Source: the human T2T-CHM13v2.0 reference genome, Homo sapiens
DNA: 64,000 nt
Strand: one strand, 5' to 3'
NCBI RefSeq assembly: GCF_009914755.1
Contig: NC_060926.1
Part shown: positions 26,241-38,194 of the stretch, in pieces
Position numbering within the stretch: the first letter of the stretch is position 1
How the letters are laid out: each line of letters begins with the position of its first letter
Program-made: the position numbers and the translations under genes
Notes under the pieces: generated by a model
The model's database searches: none
What the model was told of the DNA's origin: nothing
The model's input: only the letters and a program-made list of their open reading frames with translations

Positions 26241-27579
26241 GTTTAATGTCTAAATGACTTTGTCTAGGCAAAAGAATGCAAGCTAAAAATAACAGATTCT
26301 TTCCTCATATTAAAATGAAACTTTGCACAGGGATGAAAGAAAAAAAAATCAAGATCTAAGTCCTCCATCCTTAAGTCCAACCTTACAATCAGGGTCTGCC
26401 TCGGCCTGATGGAGGAAGATGGAAATAGGAACAAAAGAGAAATGGTAAATGCACAGGTGTTAGCCACACTCCAGGGAGCCCCTGCTGTTCTGCAAGGGGA
26501 AGGAGGAGATGGCCTCAGCTCCAGTTAGCACTTCCCATCCCAAGACTATTGATCCAGTGAGACAGTGACACAGAGACAGCAGAGAGAATTAATAAATAAG
26601 TACTTGGAGCCATTACTGCTTCAGAATTACATATGCAACCAGCTAGTGGCCATTTTAAGATGAGGGAGGGGAGTGCATAGAGACGGTAAGAAAAAAAGGC
26701 AGAAATGTCTGTTGAACAATGGCAAAGAGTCAGACAAGTTTATTTGTTTGTTAGAGCTGGGAGATCTCAACTCCCTCGGGCAGAAGCCTGTTAGCCTCAT
26801 CGCTGCAAGGTTTTTCCAGTTAGAGGCATAAATGAATACTTACGGGTTCTTGAACATATTATACACAATATGTAAAAGCAGACCCATGTATAATAATGTG
26901 TGGAAATGTCTTGGCCATATTTCTGATGCCAGAAGGTCTTGTAGCCAAAGTAGGAGTAAGTGTGGCATCTGAGACACATTCCAAGAGCCCCCATTCAGTT
27001 TGGTATCACCCAGACATTTTGGTACAAGCAAGCCCTTTTCAACCCATACACTCAACTTCCAGACCTCAAATCTCTCCACCTTTACTCATTGTCCCCATTC
27101 TAAGATCTAAACCAGCCTTCCTAGTTGTCACTTTTGCCTGAGGCTAATGTGACTTCACATTCCATGAGTCTGAATATATGAATTTTAAGAAATTACATGA
27201 GTGACGTGAATATCTTTGTGTAGATGGAACCCACTTGAATAATGCTTTTTAAGGTCATATTTTCTTACATTTGCCAATAAGAAATTCATGATAGAGTTTT
27301 TTTTCTTAAATGCTTCCCTAGTACCTTCATTACATATTCTGAATCAGAAAAATATGACTCTACAGAAACATGTATGTCACGTAAATTGTAAGCTGCACCT
27401 ATATTGAAGTAAAATATGGGAAGAAGTTGTGGGACTGGATGCTGCTTAGGAAAGACATAATCTGGGGATCTAGTTGTCAGTATGGATGATAACTGATACC
27501 TACAGTTCTCAGCTTATATTGGGGTATTCCTCCACCACTGATTACCAATGCCAGATTCTGTTTCAGTGGAAAAAGCATA

Positions 27580-27720
27580 GGATATTAGTGGCGGAGAGCC
27601 AACTAGAATACATTTTGTTGACCCTCTTACTTCACAGATGAAGAATCTAAAATCTACAATGTTGAGTGACTTATTCAAGATCATGGAGCTTTGCAAGTTT
27701 GTTAAACATCCCAGGTCTCA
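27580..27720 (-). mobile_element. MIR/MIR3 fragment
   Basis: cttacttcacagatgaagaatcta...gagtgacttattcaagatca. Confidence 0.65.
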
Positions 27721-27857
27721 TAAACATTTTTAAACTTGGGCTCAGCCTATGTGACCCAACCTGCTGAGGATATGAAGTCATTACAAAAATTTTCTCTCAT
27801 TGCCAGGCTAGGAAATGAAGGCCATTGAATACTGTTACCCAAAAAGGATTAGGGTGT

Positions 27858-28978
27858 CAGGGGCAGGTACAGGTGTTATGGGACTTGAAGTTTATAAAAC
27901 TTCAAAGCTTCTCTGAGGGAAAACAATGCTAAGCTAAAAATATAAATTGGGTACAAAAAGAGAATATTTATTTAGAATGAGGAAATAAAATGTAATTAAT
28001 TTTTTAAATGGACATGAGTTGGGCATGGTGGCTTGCACCTGTAGTCCCAGCTACTCAGGAGGCTGAGGCAGGAAGATCACTTGAGCCCAGGAGTTTGAGG
28101 CTGCAGTGAGCTATGATGGCACCACTGCACTCCAACCTGTGCAAAAGAGCAAGACACTGTCTCTAAATATAAAATAATAAGGTGGGAAAATATCAAATAC
28201 ATCACAAATACCAAAAAAGTAATGTTTTTATTAATTAACATCCTCACATGCCTATAATACTTGTTCCTCTACAATCTTTGCTGCATGCTCTTTAGTAACT
28301 TCTTCACATGACAAGGATTTTGTAAATTCTTTCCTATAGGAAAAACTCAAAAGCAATTCAGTCTTTCCTCTAGCATCATTGACCAAAATTCACCTTCTAT
28401 TATTGACGGTTTAGAAAAAATTTTTTATTTTTTTTAGTTCCAGAAGTCATTCTCATGTAAACTATTAGGATAGTTGTCAAATCTTGGGGAACTTATCAAA
28501 TTTCTTTTATACATATGAAGTGTAAGATGTGGAATAATTTTCCAAAAGCTAACTTCTGGCTCTATTTGAAATATTGTTATTCCCTGTATACCCACATACT
28601 CCTAATCTCAGACATCGTATCGGGATACCATCAGAACCATCCAGGCAAGAGGGAACCTGTACTTCACAGGAATACATTCTGCTCCTCTGCCCTTGGTGTC
28701 TCTCTGCACAGGGCAAGAAATCTGCAGGGCTAGGAGACATGTCTGCTCAAAACCCATGCCCCCTACTTCTTGATCTCACTCCAAGTACACAGGACCCTGG
28801 AATTTATTGGTGAAACAGAGCCTACCTAGATCTCTTCCTGGAGTCTTTCCTCCCAAGGGCAAAATGTATCCTCAAGTGTGATTATTCTTTGGCCAGCTTC
28901 AGAGCCATGGACAGAGCCCATGGAAGTGAAAGGCCCTGAAGCTTAAAATGCACTAGCCTCATGGCAAATCCACCTCTA
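27858..28978 (-). mobile_element. hAT DNA transposon with MER53-like termini and a transposase C-terminal remnant (hAT-1_Mam-like)
   Basis: Left end caggggcaggtacaggtgttatgggacttgaagtttata and right end ggccctgaagctt...gcaaatccacctct resemble MER53. The minus strand near 28280-28420 reads FSKPSIIEGEFWSMMLEERLNC and KSLSCEEVTKEHAAK, similar to the hAT dimerisation domain. Confidence 0.75.
28017..28180 (+). mobile_element. FRAM/FAM Alu monomer nested in the hAT element
   Basis: Single right-type monomer: gggcatggtggcttgcacctgtagtcccagctact...gagctatgatggcaccactgcactcc. Confidence 0.9.
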
Positions 28979-30119
28979 TGCAGAGGCTCTGCGATGAAGT
29001 CTTCTGCATCTTGTACCACAACCCAATCTGGAAGCTACTCCACCCACCAAAAGTACAGTCTATAAAAACTTCACCACTGCCTCAGCATGGCAACCATGCA
29101 GAGGAAGCAGTTAGAAAGAGATCAAAGAGATAAAAATGTGTGTGGCTCTGAACACTGTGAAATCTTCCTAGATAATGATTAAATGGCAGCAGATATCTTG
29201 CCTGTCTGTCCTTCTGAACCAACATGGCTCCATCTTGGCATTTCTCAGAGGAAAGCCCATGGCCATGTAGTGCCTTCAATGTTCCCATCTGGCAGAAGTT
29301 GGGCAACATTTCCAAAAATCTAATCTTTTCACATTCTCTTCTTTCTTCTTAACCTCACGTAGCACACCAGGCACCTGGACCCCTTAACAGACCAGAAGAC
29401 TGGTCAGATGACCCTCTCTGGACGCAGTCAATAGAGGGCAAACTCCCACTCTCTTCATGCAGTGTGCATTGGAGTGAGGCAAGGAAGGGAGTGTGGGAGG
29501 AGTGGCCAAGGAAGGTTGCCCACCCTGGTCTAAAATGAAGACTTTTCAAGAAAAAACTGACCACTTTGGGGGCCTCTCGTGCACTGAGCATTAATTTCTC
29601 AATGCTTCTCCTCCCCAGCTCCCCTCTAACTCTTTGGCCCCTGTGCCCATGGTTGTCTCCTCATGCCACCACGGCATCTGCTCAGAGGACACCCGCCTGA
29701 TGACCAAGATGAATCATGCTTAGGAAAGCTCCTGGGCAACCCTAGGCAATCCAGCAAAGCCCCCTAGACTTTCTCTAGCATGCACCCCTCCTCCCCACAA
29801 CCACGGGGTCTTCAGGAGTTCTGGCCATCTCTCCTGACCCTCTGAGGTCCAATTTTCAAGCACTTTTATTCACATTCAAGGTACGAGATTAATAACACCC
29901 CCTACCTTAAGGTATATGTTTTGAAAAAGAGGACAATGTCTTAAGCAGAAGATTCAAAGTGAATGAACTTTAATTAAATGTCCAATAAAGAGAGATATAG
30001 ATATGGATTTTAAGAAAAACTTCTAGGCATCTTAAAATAGGGTAGTCCATTTAATCCCCACATTTAAGCTTCCCTGTAATGGGAAGAAATAAATAAACTG
30101 AGAGCTTTGGGGTAGGAAG

Positions 30120-30260
30120 ACAGGGTCGAGGGGTAACCTGGGAGGGGGCTGGGTGACTTGTTGCAAAAGTCAGAAGACCATGAGTCAGGGTGGGATCAGT
30201 ATAACACTGTCATGAATTCTATCTTGCTGGCTTCTGTGCATGTGCTCCTGCGTGCGCGCG

Positions 30261-30323
<63 letters not shown>

Positions 30324-30820
30324 TACAAATGCCTTTGTGGGAGGTGCTATTACCAACACCAAGTCTAAATCTAAGCCTCTCATTTTGTATTCCCTGCACT
30401 GTAAGGGGCAGCCCAAGGGGGCCGGGGTGGAGGGCGGGTGGGAGGCACATCTAGAAGAAGAAGGACAGATTTAAAAGGAAAGATTATTTATGAGGCCATG
30501 AAGACGTTCTTCCCAGACTCCTGAGTGCAGGAGTATGACTTATTTATTTTATTTTCGTTTGTAACCAAAACCTTCCCCTGACTCCCATTGGCCCCAGCTG
30601 AGAGGGGAGAGAGGGCCGGCCCGTCAGGCGTTGATCACCGGGCCAACGGGAGACAGTGTGGCGTGATGCTGACGCAGCCCACTGACAAGCCAGGGAGGCC
30701 CAGGGGAGCAGCTCTGAGCAGAGCAGCCAGAGCCAAGCAGGTAGAGAGCTGACAGCCGGGGAATTGCTAAGAGGCGCCGGGCTGGTGGGGGCAGGATGGT
30801 GAAACAGTTGGACTCGAGAG
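30120..30820. promoter_or_regulatory. GC-rich putative enhancer or alternative promoter
   Basis: Locally retained CpGs; AP-1 TGAGTCA at 30181; Sp1 GGGCGG at 30432; MARE/ARE-like TGCTGACGCAGC at 30667; G4 motifs at 30123-30153 and 30417-30442. Confidence 0.55.
30249..30322. repeat. (CG)7(CA)26 compound microsatellite, Z-DNA prone
   Basis: 74 bp of unbroken alternating purine-pyrimidine, read directly. Confidence 0.97.
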
Positions 30821-32084
30821 AAGGTGTGATTTGTGATGCACAAACTGTCGTTTACCCACTCCCCTTGGAGTCCTCTCCACGTCCCTCAGCTCCATCAACC
30901 TCTCTCCAGTTTAAATTTCCTCTCTCCCTTCCCCCTCCTGCATGCTCACTCCGTGGGTCCCCGCATTTCTATTCAATAATGTTTCTCTCCCTGTCTCCTT
31001 TTGGGAGAAGGAAGGGAGCAGATGAACACACATTAATAACATCAAAATGTCACATAAGTGATCAGCTGGAGGGGGCAGTCTCTCTGATGTCCTCAAGGCA
31101 TCCTATTTAGGAATTGATATCTGCAGAGCCAGAAGAAAGCACAGCTGCTCTGGGGTACAGGCTAGGGAGTTAAGGGGATGGCTGTGTCAGTGTTGGGAAT
31201 TCGTGCACTTACGGTGCAAAAGCACAAGGTGCATGAATTACCAAAGGCCTCAAGAACTGCCTGGTCCCACTCTCCTCCCTGGAGAGAGGCATCGCTGAGA
31301 AAACAGGAGCTTGTGTCTCCAGACTGGAGTTCTCTTTTAAGAAAATGGAAGTTGGGAGGGAAAGGGAGAGAAAAGCTTCAAGCCTATGGATAAGTCCTGA
31401 ATCCTCCTCAGAATAGTGACCCCCGACATATGCACTGACGTGCCCATTTATTGAGAATCTCAGAATTCTTCGCAAAGGTGTCCCATTTAAGAAAATCCTC
31501 CATCCTTTTCAGGCAAAAGCAACAAACAGTAACAGAATAAAACTTTACTCATCAGATGGTGGTTACCAGTCTTTCCCTGCCATTTTTCTGGATGATGTTT
31601 AAAACCATGAGACTCCTGCTGGCCTTTCCCTTGTTACTGCACATAACCACATAGCCCTCTTACACTGGATGAAGCACTTTCTCCATAATGTTCACTTCTT
31701 TAATGACAGGATAGATGTTGCTGTTCTGACGACTGGAGTATTCAGACTGATGAGAACCACTGGTGATTCTCAGCAGTCCCAACATCACATGCTTCCTGTC
31801 CTGATGACCTGTGAGTCACCACTCCACCACCTCCCTATATGGGTGAGAGGTTACATCAGTCCCAGTCTATAGATGGAACAACACAGGCCCAATTGAGCAG
31901 ATGTGCTTTCATGAGTCTGTCTCATACTATCTATTGCCAGGAAACAGGGTACAGTTGGAGACATATTGTTGCGTCATCTGAAGGCCTCATATTACAAGAC
32001 ACGACTATGAAGCTAGGCTTCACTCTATCACAGGAGTGGGAGCCTCAGACTTTAGCCCCTGGTTCCAATTCTGACACCTGCTTA

Positions 32085-33182
32085 GTATAGAAATACTTAG
32101 GTCCAGGAGTCAGAGGTTTGAGTTCTAGACTTAGAATTACCACTTAGCAATCACTTTCATCATGTCGCTCACCTGCTAAAAATCTTCCTATGGCTCCCTA
32201 TTGCCCTTAAAATAAAATCCTAACCCCTCATCATGGAATTCAAGATTGTATCATCTGGCTTTTGCCATCTCTCTTACCCCATCTCACACCTCTCTCCCTC
32301 TCACTTGCTACTCCCCAGACACATCAGCCTATCTTTCTGTTCCTTTAAGTCACTCAGGCTGGTTCATACTTCATTGTCTTTGTACATGCTGTTCCCTCTG
32401 CCTACAATGTCCTAAAAGTGTCTGTAGTCTGCTAATCATTTCACCCTTAACAAATACTGCATTACTCAATAGGGAACACTCTCCCAGAAAAAGGTTTTTT
32501 TGGGGGGTTGGGAGGAGAATTTGAAATTTGATATATATTTTTAAAATCCAAGTAGTCATCATGGGGAAAATAAGAATCTGTCATTTGTTCATTAATTCAT
32601 TCATTTAGCAGATATTTACCAGGCACCTTCTATGTTGGACTTCATTACACAACATGGTACTGTTTCTATTCGAATTACAATACACAAGCAGGGATGGGGA
32701 ACTATGAGTTTTTAGAGCCTCTAGAAGTTCTAACCTAGCCCTGGCGTCAGCTCATGTGTCACCTCTTCAGAAATGCTTGTCCTGATCACATTATAAATTA
32801 GCTCTCCTTGCCTTCCCTCCACTTTCTAACACAAAACCCTGTTGTATAGAATAGAATAATATAATTTACCACTGCCCTAATTTGTTGATTGATGTATTTA
32901 CTTATGTACCATCTGTCTCCACCAATTCATATTTAAGTTTCATGAAGGCATAACCTTGTCTCTCTTAGTCACCACCAGCACATAGAACAGTGCCTGGCAC
33001 ACAGACAGTGTTTGAAAAATGTCTGCTAAATAAATGAAGTAATGAATGAATGAATGTAGTCTTGGGCTAGTCGCTTAAACTCTCTGGGCCTTAGCTTTTT
33101 CATCTCTAAAATATGATCAATAACAACAACAACAAAAATACCTGCCTGAGTCAAAATGTTGGCAAGAGTTTGAAATAAAATA
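32085..33182 (+). mobile_element. MIR (about 32085-32150 and 33056-33182) split by L2 pieces (about 32150-32415 and 32740-33056)
   Basis: The MIR 5' part ends ccacttagca and resumes tgtagtcttgggctagtc. Between them lie L2 motifs ggctccctattgccctt, gctgttccctctgcct and aacagtgcctggcacacag...tgaatgaatg. Confidence 0.8.
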
Positions 33183-33813
33183 TGTATAGACTCAATTTCC
33201 TAGAAAACAGAGCCTGAGGCAGGGATCAAGTGCTGGTGCTTTAAGTAGGAGGTACAATCCCTAGGCATTGGGAATGAGGGAAAAGGGAAAGAAAAAAAAA
33301 CAGAAAGAATGAGAAGAAATAAAACACGGGTGGGCTCCTACATTGACTACTGCTTCGTGTGAAGCCACAAAGGGACACATTGGTCACTTGACAAGAGCAT
33401 CCATTGGACCACACAGGACATCTTACATGGAGAAACTCTACCCTGAAGCAATGTATCAAGAGAGAACAGAACATTGGTCAATATTCACCCATTGGAGATT
33501 TTACCGCCCCACGCTTCCATATTGCCTTATCTTTACCCATGTCTCCCCAGTCTCCCCTGAAATCAACTCCTCTGTCCTTTAGTATGACATTTCACCCAAG
33601 CCTGGGAGTGTCTGGAAGAGACAGAGTCTCCAGATTGACCATGAGTGGTGAAACCCTGCAGCCCCACCCAAAACCCTTTGGCTTCAAAAGTGACAGCTAC
33701 TTCAGAACAAGCAACTTCAGCGCAAGCAGGGGACAGGGAAGGATGAGAGACTCTCAGGCAGATGAGAGAATCCCACGAGGAAGAGAGGATGCATGCGAGA
33801 TAGATTTGATACA
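33183..33813 (-). mobile_element. ERVL solo LTR (LTR16/LTR33-like)
   Basis: tgtatagactcaatttcctagaaaacagagcctgaggcaggga start typical of this group; plausible ...ataca terminus. Right boundary uncertain. Confidence 0.55.
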
Positions 33814-34425
33814 GCATGAGAAAGTGGTTTAGAAACTATAAAGCTGCAAACAATGAAAAGTGATGTTGTTTTATTGGTCTTCTTTGAAATGCAACTGTCT
33901 TTCCATCTCATAGTCTCTGCACTTGTATAAGTTTGATGAGCTTTCAACTAGACTGCACAAATGAAGCCTTCCTTGTTTCCACTGTTACTGTTGAAACAGT
34001 ACCTCTCTGAAACAAGCCACTTCATCTCCTCATAAAAAATCCTTATATCCAAAATAGGATCTCTAAATGGATTCTGTTAAAGTGGGGTTTTTTGCTTGCT
34101 GTATTTAGTTTCTATCCTTGAGAGAATGCAGCTAATATGAGCAATCCATATGGAAGATACTTTTCAAGTTACCTCCTTATCTTTTGATTCTCCCTCCATC
34201 AGTCTGCTTTTATAACATCAGCTTCCTTGGGGCCATTCTTGTATCGTCTACACAGTGATAAATTTTAACGCACCTCCAACATGTCATTAAATGTTAATAG
34301 CACAGAACCCATGTAATGGAAAGAATGAAAAGATTTCCCAGCCTGAAATGCCTCTGTCAGCAATTACATAACTTGTTGACATGTGGCCCCTTCATCAGGT
34401 TTATCTACAAATCCAAGACCCATAC

Positions 34426-34480
34426 AATTAGGGGTCAACCTGAATTGGGGTCAACTGGAATTGGGTTCAGCCTGAACTGA
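34426..34480. repeat. Short tandem repeat of about 16 bp x 3.5 (aattggggtcaacctg)
   Basis: aattaggggtcaacctg / aattggggtcaactgg / aattgggttcagcctg / aactga. Confidence 0.8.
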
Positions 34481-34649
34481 GGAGCCACATGTGTTCTGGA
34501 CTTTGATTGCATTCCAGAGCTCAGCTGAATAAAATGCCAGGCACATAGTAAGATACATACACAAACATAAACATATCATGTATATAATTCATTAAATATG
34601 TTACCAAATGAATGACTGTAGTCAGTTTAGAATGGAAATGCAAAAATTA

Positions 34650-34895
34650 AAAGCAAAAGCACAGGCTCTAGAACCAAAGTGCGTGGGTTCAAATCCCAGG
34701 TTTATCATAAACCAGCTAGTGTGACATTAGACAGTTGGCTTGACCTTTTTGTGCCTCTGTTTGTGCCTTGGTTTTTTTCTCCTGTAAAATGGGGATAACA
34801 GTCATACCTACCTCACAGGTTTGTTGTGATAATTAAATGACGTCGGTATTATAAGTCTTTTAGCCTAGTAAGAGTGCCTAGTGCACAGTGAACAA
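34650..34895 (+). mobile_element. MIR, near full length
   Basis: agcacaggctctaga...gggttcaaatcccag...ctgtaaaatggggataaca...tacctacctcacagg. Confidence 0.9.
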
Positions 34896-35749
34896 GGGAT
34901 GCAGGTTAGCCTGGATGATAATTTCAACAGTGCTGCTAGCCACCCACCTGCCCACCCAAATCAGGAGAAGGGTGTCTCTTCAATCATGCCATCTGTCTTC
35001 ACTAATTCAACCAGACCCAGGCTTACATATGTTTAAAATCCAGTGTAAAACCTGCCTTTTAAAATTTGTGTAGCCAAAAAGAATCTCACACTAGGCATGG
35101 CATTTTCTGTCCCTTGGTGATAGACTGTGTTTTTAAACATGGTGGTATCAATTGATTTAAGTATTTTATTGAATAATTTTACTGTTCCTGTGCCCAGAGG
35201 CTTTTTAAAGCAGGGACCAATTTTTTAAATCAAATAGATAAATGTGTAGTCGTTGCACTTGAAATAAAAGCAGCACAAGCAGTAGGGCTAGAATTTCCAC
35301 TTGAGCTGTATAACTATTTGCCTAATAGCCTGGAGGGTTTCCTAAAATTTAGGGAAGAAGCAGTGGGGGCTGGTGGCTGAACTTCACCGACACCATCTTA
35401 AGCCTTTTACACACCGTCACCCAGGCCTGAAACCTGTGTTCTCAAAGTACCTACCAGGATCTGGGCCACATGGGAATCATCTTATCCTCCTGGGGAGAGG
35501 TAATCTGACCTTAACTATTTCTTAAGTCCCTTTAACATTCAGCTGTGTCTCTCCCCTCAATGGTAGAATAATGAATAATGAGTCATCATTTTAGACTATT
35601 CCTGCAAACTGTTGCCTGTAACTATTTTGCACACTGCAAATCACCTTAATTTTAGTACAAAATAGCTCTCTACTATCCAAAATACTAACTTTTTTTATGG
35701 AAATACTGAAATTAAACAAATTAAAAATCAGCATCATTAATAGTAGAGC

Positions 35750-36720
35750 ATTCTAACATTATATACCTCCTAATGTGATGCAATATGAGTGTACAGCATC
35801 ACTTTTGAAGGATGTTCAACCCAAATTGGACCAAGCCTAAGGGATAAAGAAAAATGCTATGACCCAATAAAACAAGAAACATCTAGAATGTGGGATGTTC
35901 TACAAAATAGCTGGCCTAGTCTCTCAAAAAACACAATGTTGTGAGAAAAAAAAAAAGAGAGAGAGGGTGGGGTCTATTCTAGATTAAAAGTGACTAGAAA
36001 CACTGAATGGAATCCATGACCTTAATGAATCTTGGTTTGAAAAATAACAGGTATAAAAGATACTTTGGGGATAACTGGGGAAATTTGAGTTTATTGGATG
36101 ATATTAGAGAATTACTGTTAATGATCCTAGAAGTGACTATACTAAAGAATGTTTTTATTTTTTAAATTCATATATGTCTTTACACATAACTGAAAGTGCT
36201 ATTACAGTGCCTAAGTTATTTACAACTGTGCAATAATGTGTTGTGAAATAAATTATCTAAAAGGCAGCAGAAATACATTGTGAATGTATATAAAACTGTA
36301 GCGTGTTCACAGATATATTTTTTATATAATTACTGGTTCTATAGTGTTTCAAGTTATGTTCTCAGAAAGAGAAACAAAATGCCCAAGATTAAAGAGAAAA
36401 TATATGAACCATGTCCCAGCACCAGTGTCCCCAGCATCCCCAGCCCCAGTCTGAGGCCGTCTGGGTCTGCAGCTCCATGGCAACAGGGCCGTGGCTGGGA
36501 TGGCACTCTTCTGACCCTCCAAACTGCAGGTCACTAAAAAGCTCTTATTTTTAGAAGATGCATATTGAAGTATTTAAATCCGAAGTATTACATCCAAATG
36601 GTTAGTAAAATATTAGCTATTCCTGAATCTAAGTAGTTAGTATATGGGTAAATCATTGTAATATATTTTCAGCTATTGTGTATGTTTGAAATTTTTCATA
36701 ATAAAGAACTTTTGAAAGTT
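35750..36720 (+). mobile_element. L1MC4/5-type 3'UTR, interrupted at about 36152-36532
   Basis: cctcctaatgtgatgca, ctagaatgtgggatgttctacaaaat and ggggaaatttga; resumes cttatttttagaagatgcatattgaagtattt and ends tttgaaatttttcataataaa. Confidence 0.75.
36152..36532 (-). pseudogene. Candidate 5'-truncated retrocopy of an mRNA 3'UTR (parent unknown)
   Basis: Foreign insert inside an L1 3'UTR; T-rich tract at the left end; degenerate flanking repeats; minus strand carries TGTAAATA, GCACTTT, TTGCACA and ATTTA motifs. Confidence 0.45.
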
Positions 36721-36924
36721 TTTTAATGTGAAGTTCTGAAATTATTAACAATTTGGGCCCTTGGAACCCACGTTTCTACTTCATGAATTGAGGGCTGGAG
36801 GGTGAAGGAAAAATAAAGCCAGTCTTAAAACCTGGCTTCTAAGCCCTGTTCAGTGCCCTGTGTGCTTTCTCTGCACTCTTGGTCATCACATCAAAGGAAA
36901 TATGCGATAATTACTCTTTACATG

Positions 36925-37352
36925 TGTCAACATAAATAACAAACAGAGAAAGGCTGTCTACAAGGAAAGACCTTTAAACTTGGGAATAAAGCATTGATTG
37001 CAATGGGAATTACACATACCACAGTAAATTATGTGTGTATTAAGGGAAGTAAAGAAAAAGAAAGGGTTTTAAAGGAAAAAATGAGGAGAAGTACATAAGT
37101 GTTTTGAAATAATTATCCTTGTCTACAAAGATCAATAACAGGGTGATGCTAGTCTGAAGTTGGTCAGACTGGTCAAGTGGCTGGGCAGATGTCCTTGGGG
37201 AAATCCTTTGTGCAAGGTTGTGGGTTTTGTAGAGTCTTTTTTGTTATAAAACATACAAGCATGAGACCCCTCTCTTCATGGCCTTCCTTGGCTCTGTTTG
37301 TCAGGGTTTTCTTAACATTAGTGACTCCATTTTGACTCTGACAACTTTCACA
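36925..37352 (-). mobile_element. ERV1 solo LTR (MER65-like)
   Basis: TG...CA termini; minus strand starts TGTGAAAGTTGTCAGAGTCAAAATGGAGTCAC; perfect 4-bp TSD CATG at 36921-36924 and 37353-37356. Confidence 0.88.
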
Positions 37353-38194
37353 CATGTAGTTTTTGCTATGCGTTTGATGAGCAAACAGATGAAGTACACA
37401 ATATTTTATGCATACAGTGTATCTAGTCCATTATTTACTAGACTGAACCTCTCACCTCCCATGATCAAATGTCACGTTTCCATACCCTTCCATAATGCAG
37501 ATTTTCAAGTCCTAGACCTGTTAAAACTGGGGTCATCTTCCTGTGTTTCTCATAAGAAGATTAGTTTCTAAATTCAAGATGATAAAATTCCTCAGTACAA
37601 TAATTGACAAAGAAAACACCTCTTGGAACCAAATACATAGTTTAATCATTGTGGTGGAAGAAGGGACATTTATTTGATTATGAAATAGAGAGCAAAGAGG
37701 ATTTGTTTAAATTGGCAAAGCCAGCGTTGTTTGGAGCTTCTGTGTCTTCTACGAGTCATAACCTTCAAAGTTATTGTTGCAATCACAAATACATGAGATT
37801 GACCATTGTGTTACTCATATTGCACCTCTTACTAGGTGTCATAACCAGAAGATAGTAAAAACGTACATGAAATTGTTCATAATCCGGGATCAAAGTAGAA
37901 CTAAAAACAGGACCTGAACTGACTATATTTTGGACTGTTTTTATTTGGAGGATTTACTCCCCTGAAAAACACTTTAGTCTGCCAACTTCTACAAAGAATT
38001 ATTCTACTAGGAAAATGAATTACCACATTGCAAGACATCATCATATAATCTCATCTAGACCCCTGCTTCTGAGATACCTCACAGTGACAGTATTTTATTC
38101 TTTCCTTTAAAACCTAAAAAGAAAACTGTGCACATTCATTCCATGTCATGTTTTCACTCTTTTGTGCTTTGGATTTATTACATTCTCACTGGAT

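Noticed and set aside
30158-30454. ORFs with HTHT/CVCV runs
   Set aside because: These are read-through of the (CG)n(CA)n microsatellite.
31063-31082. CTCF-like GCTGGAGGGGGCAGT
   Set aside because: It has three mismatches in the 5' core, which is insufficient without ChIP data.
33404-33832. 142-aa ORF
   Set aside because: It lies in a probable ERVL LTR, has a non-ATG start and shows no recognisable domain.
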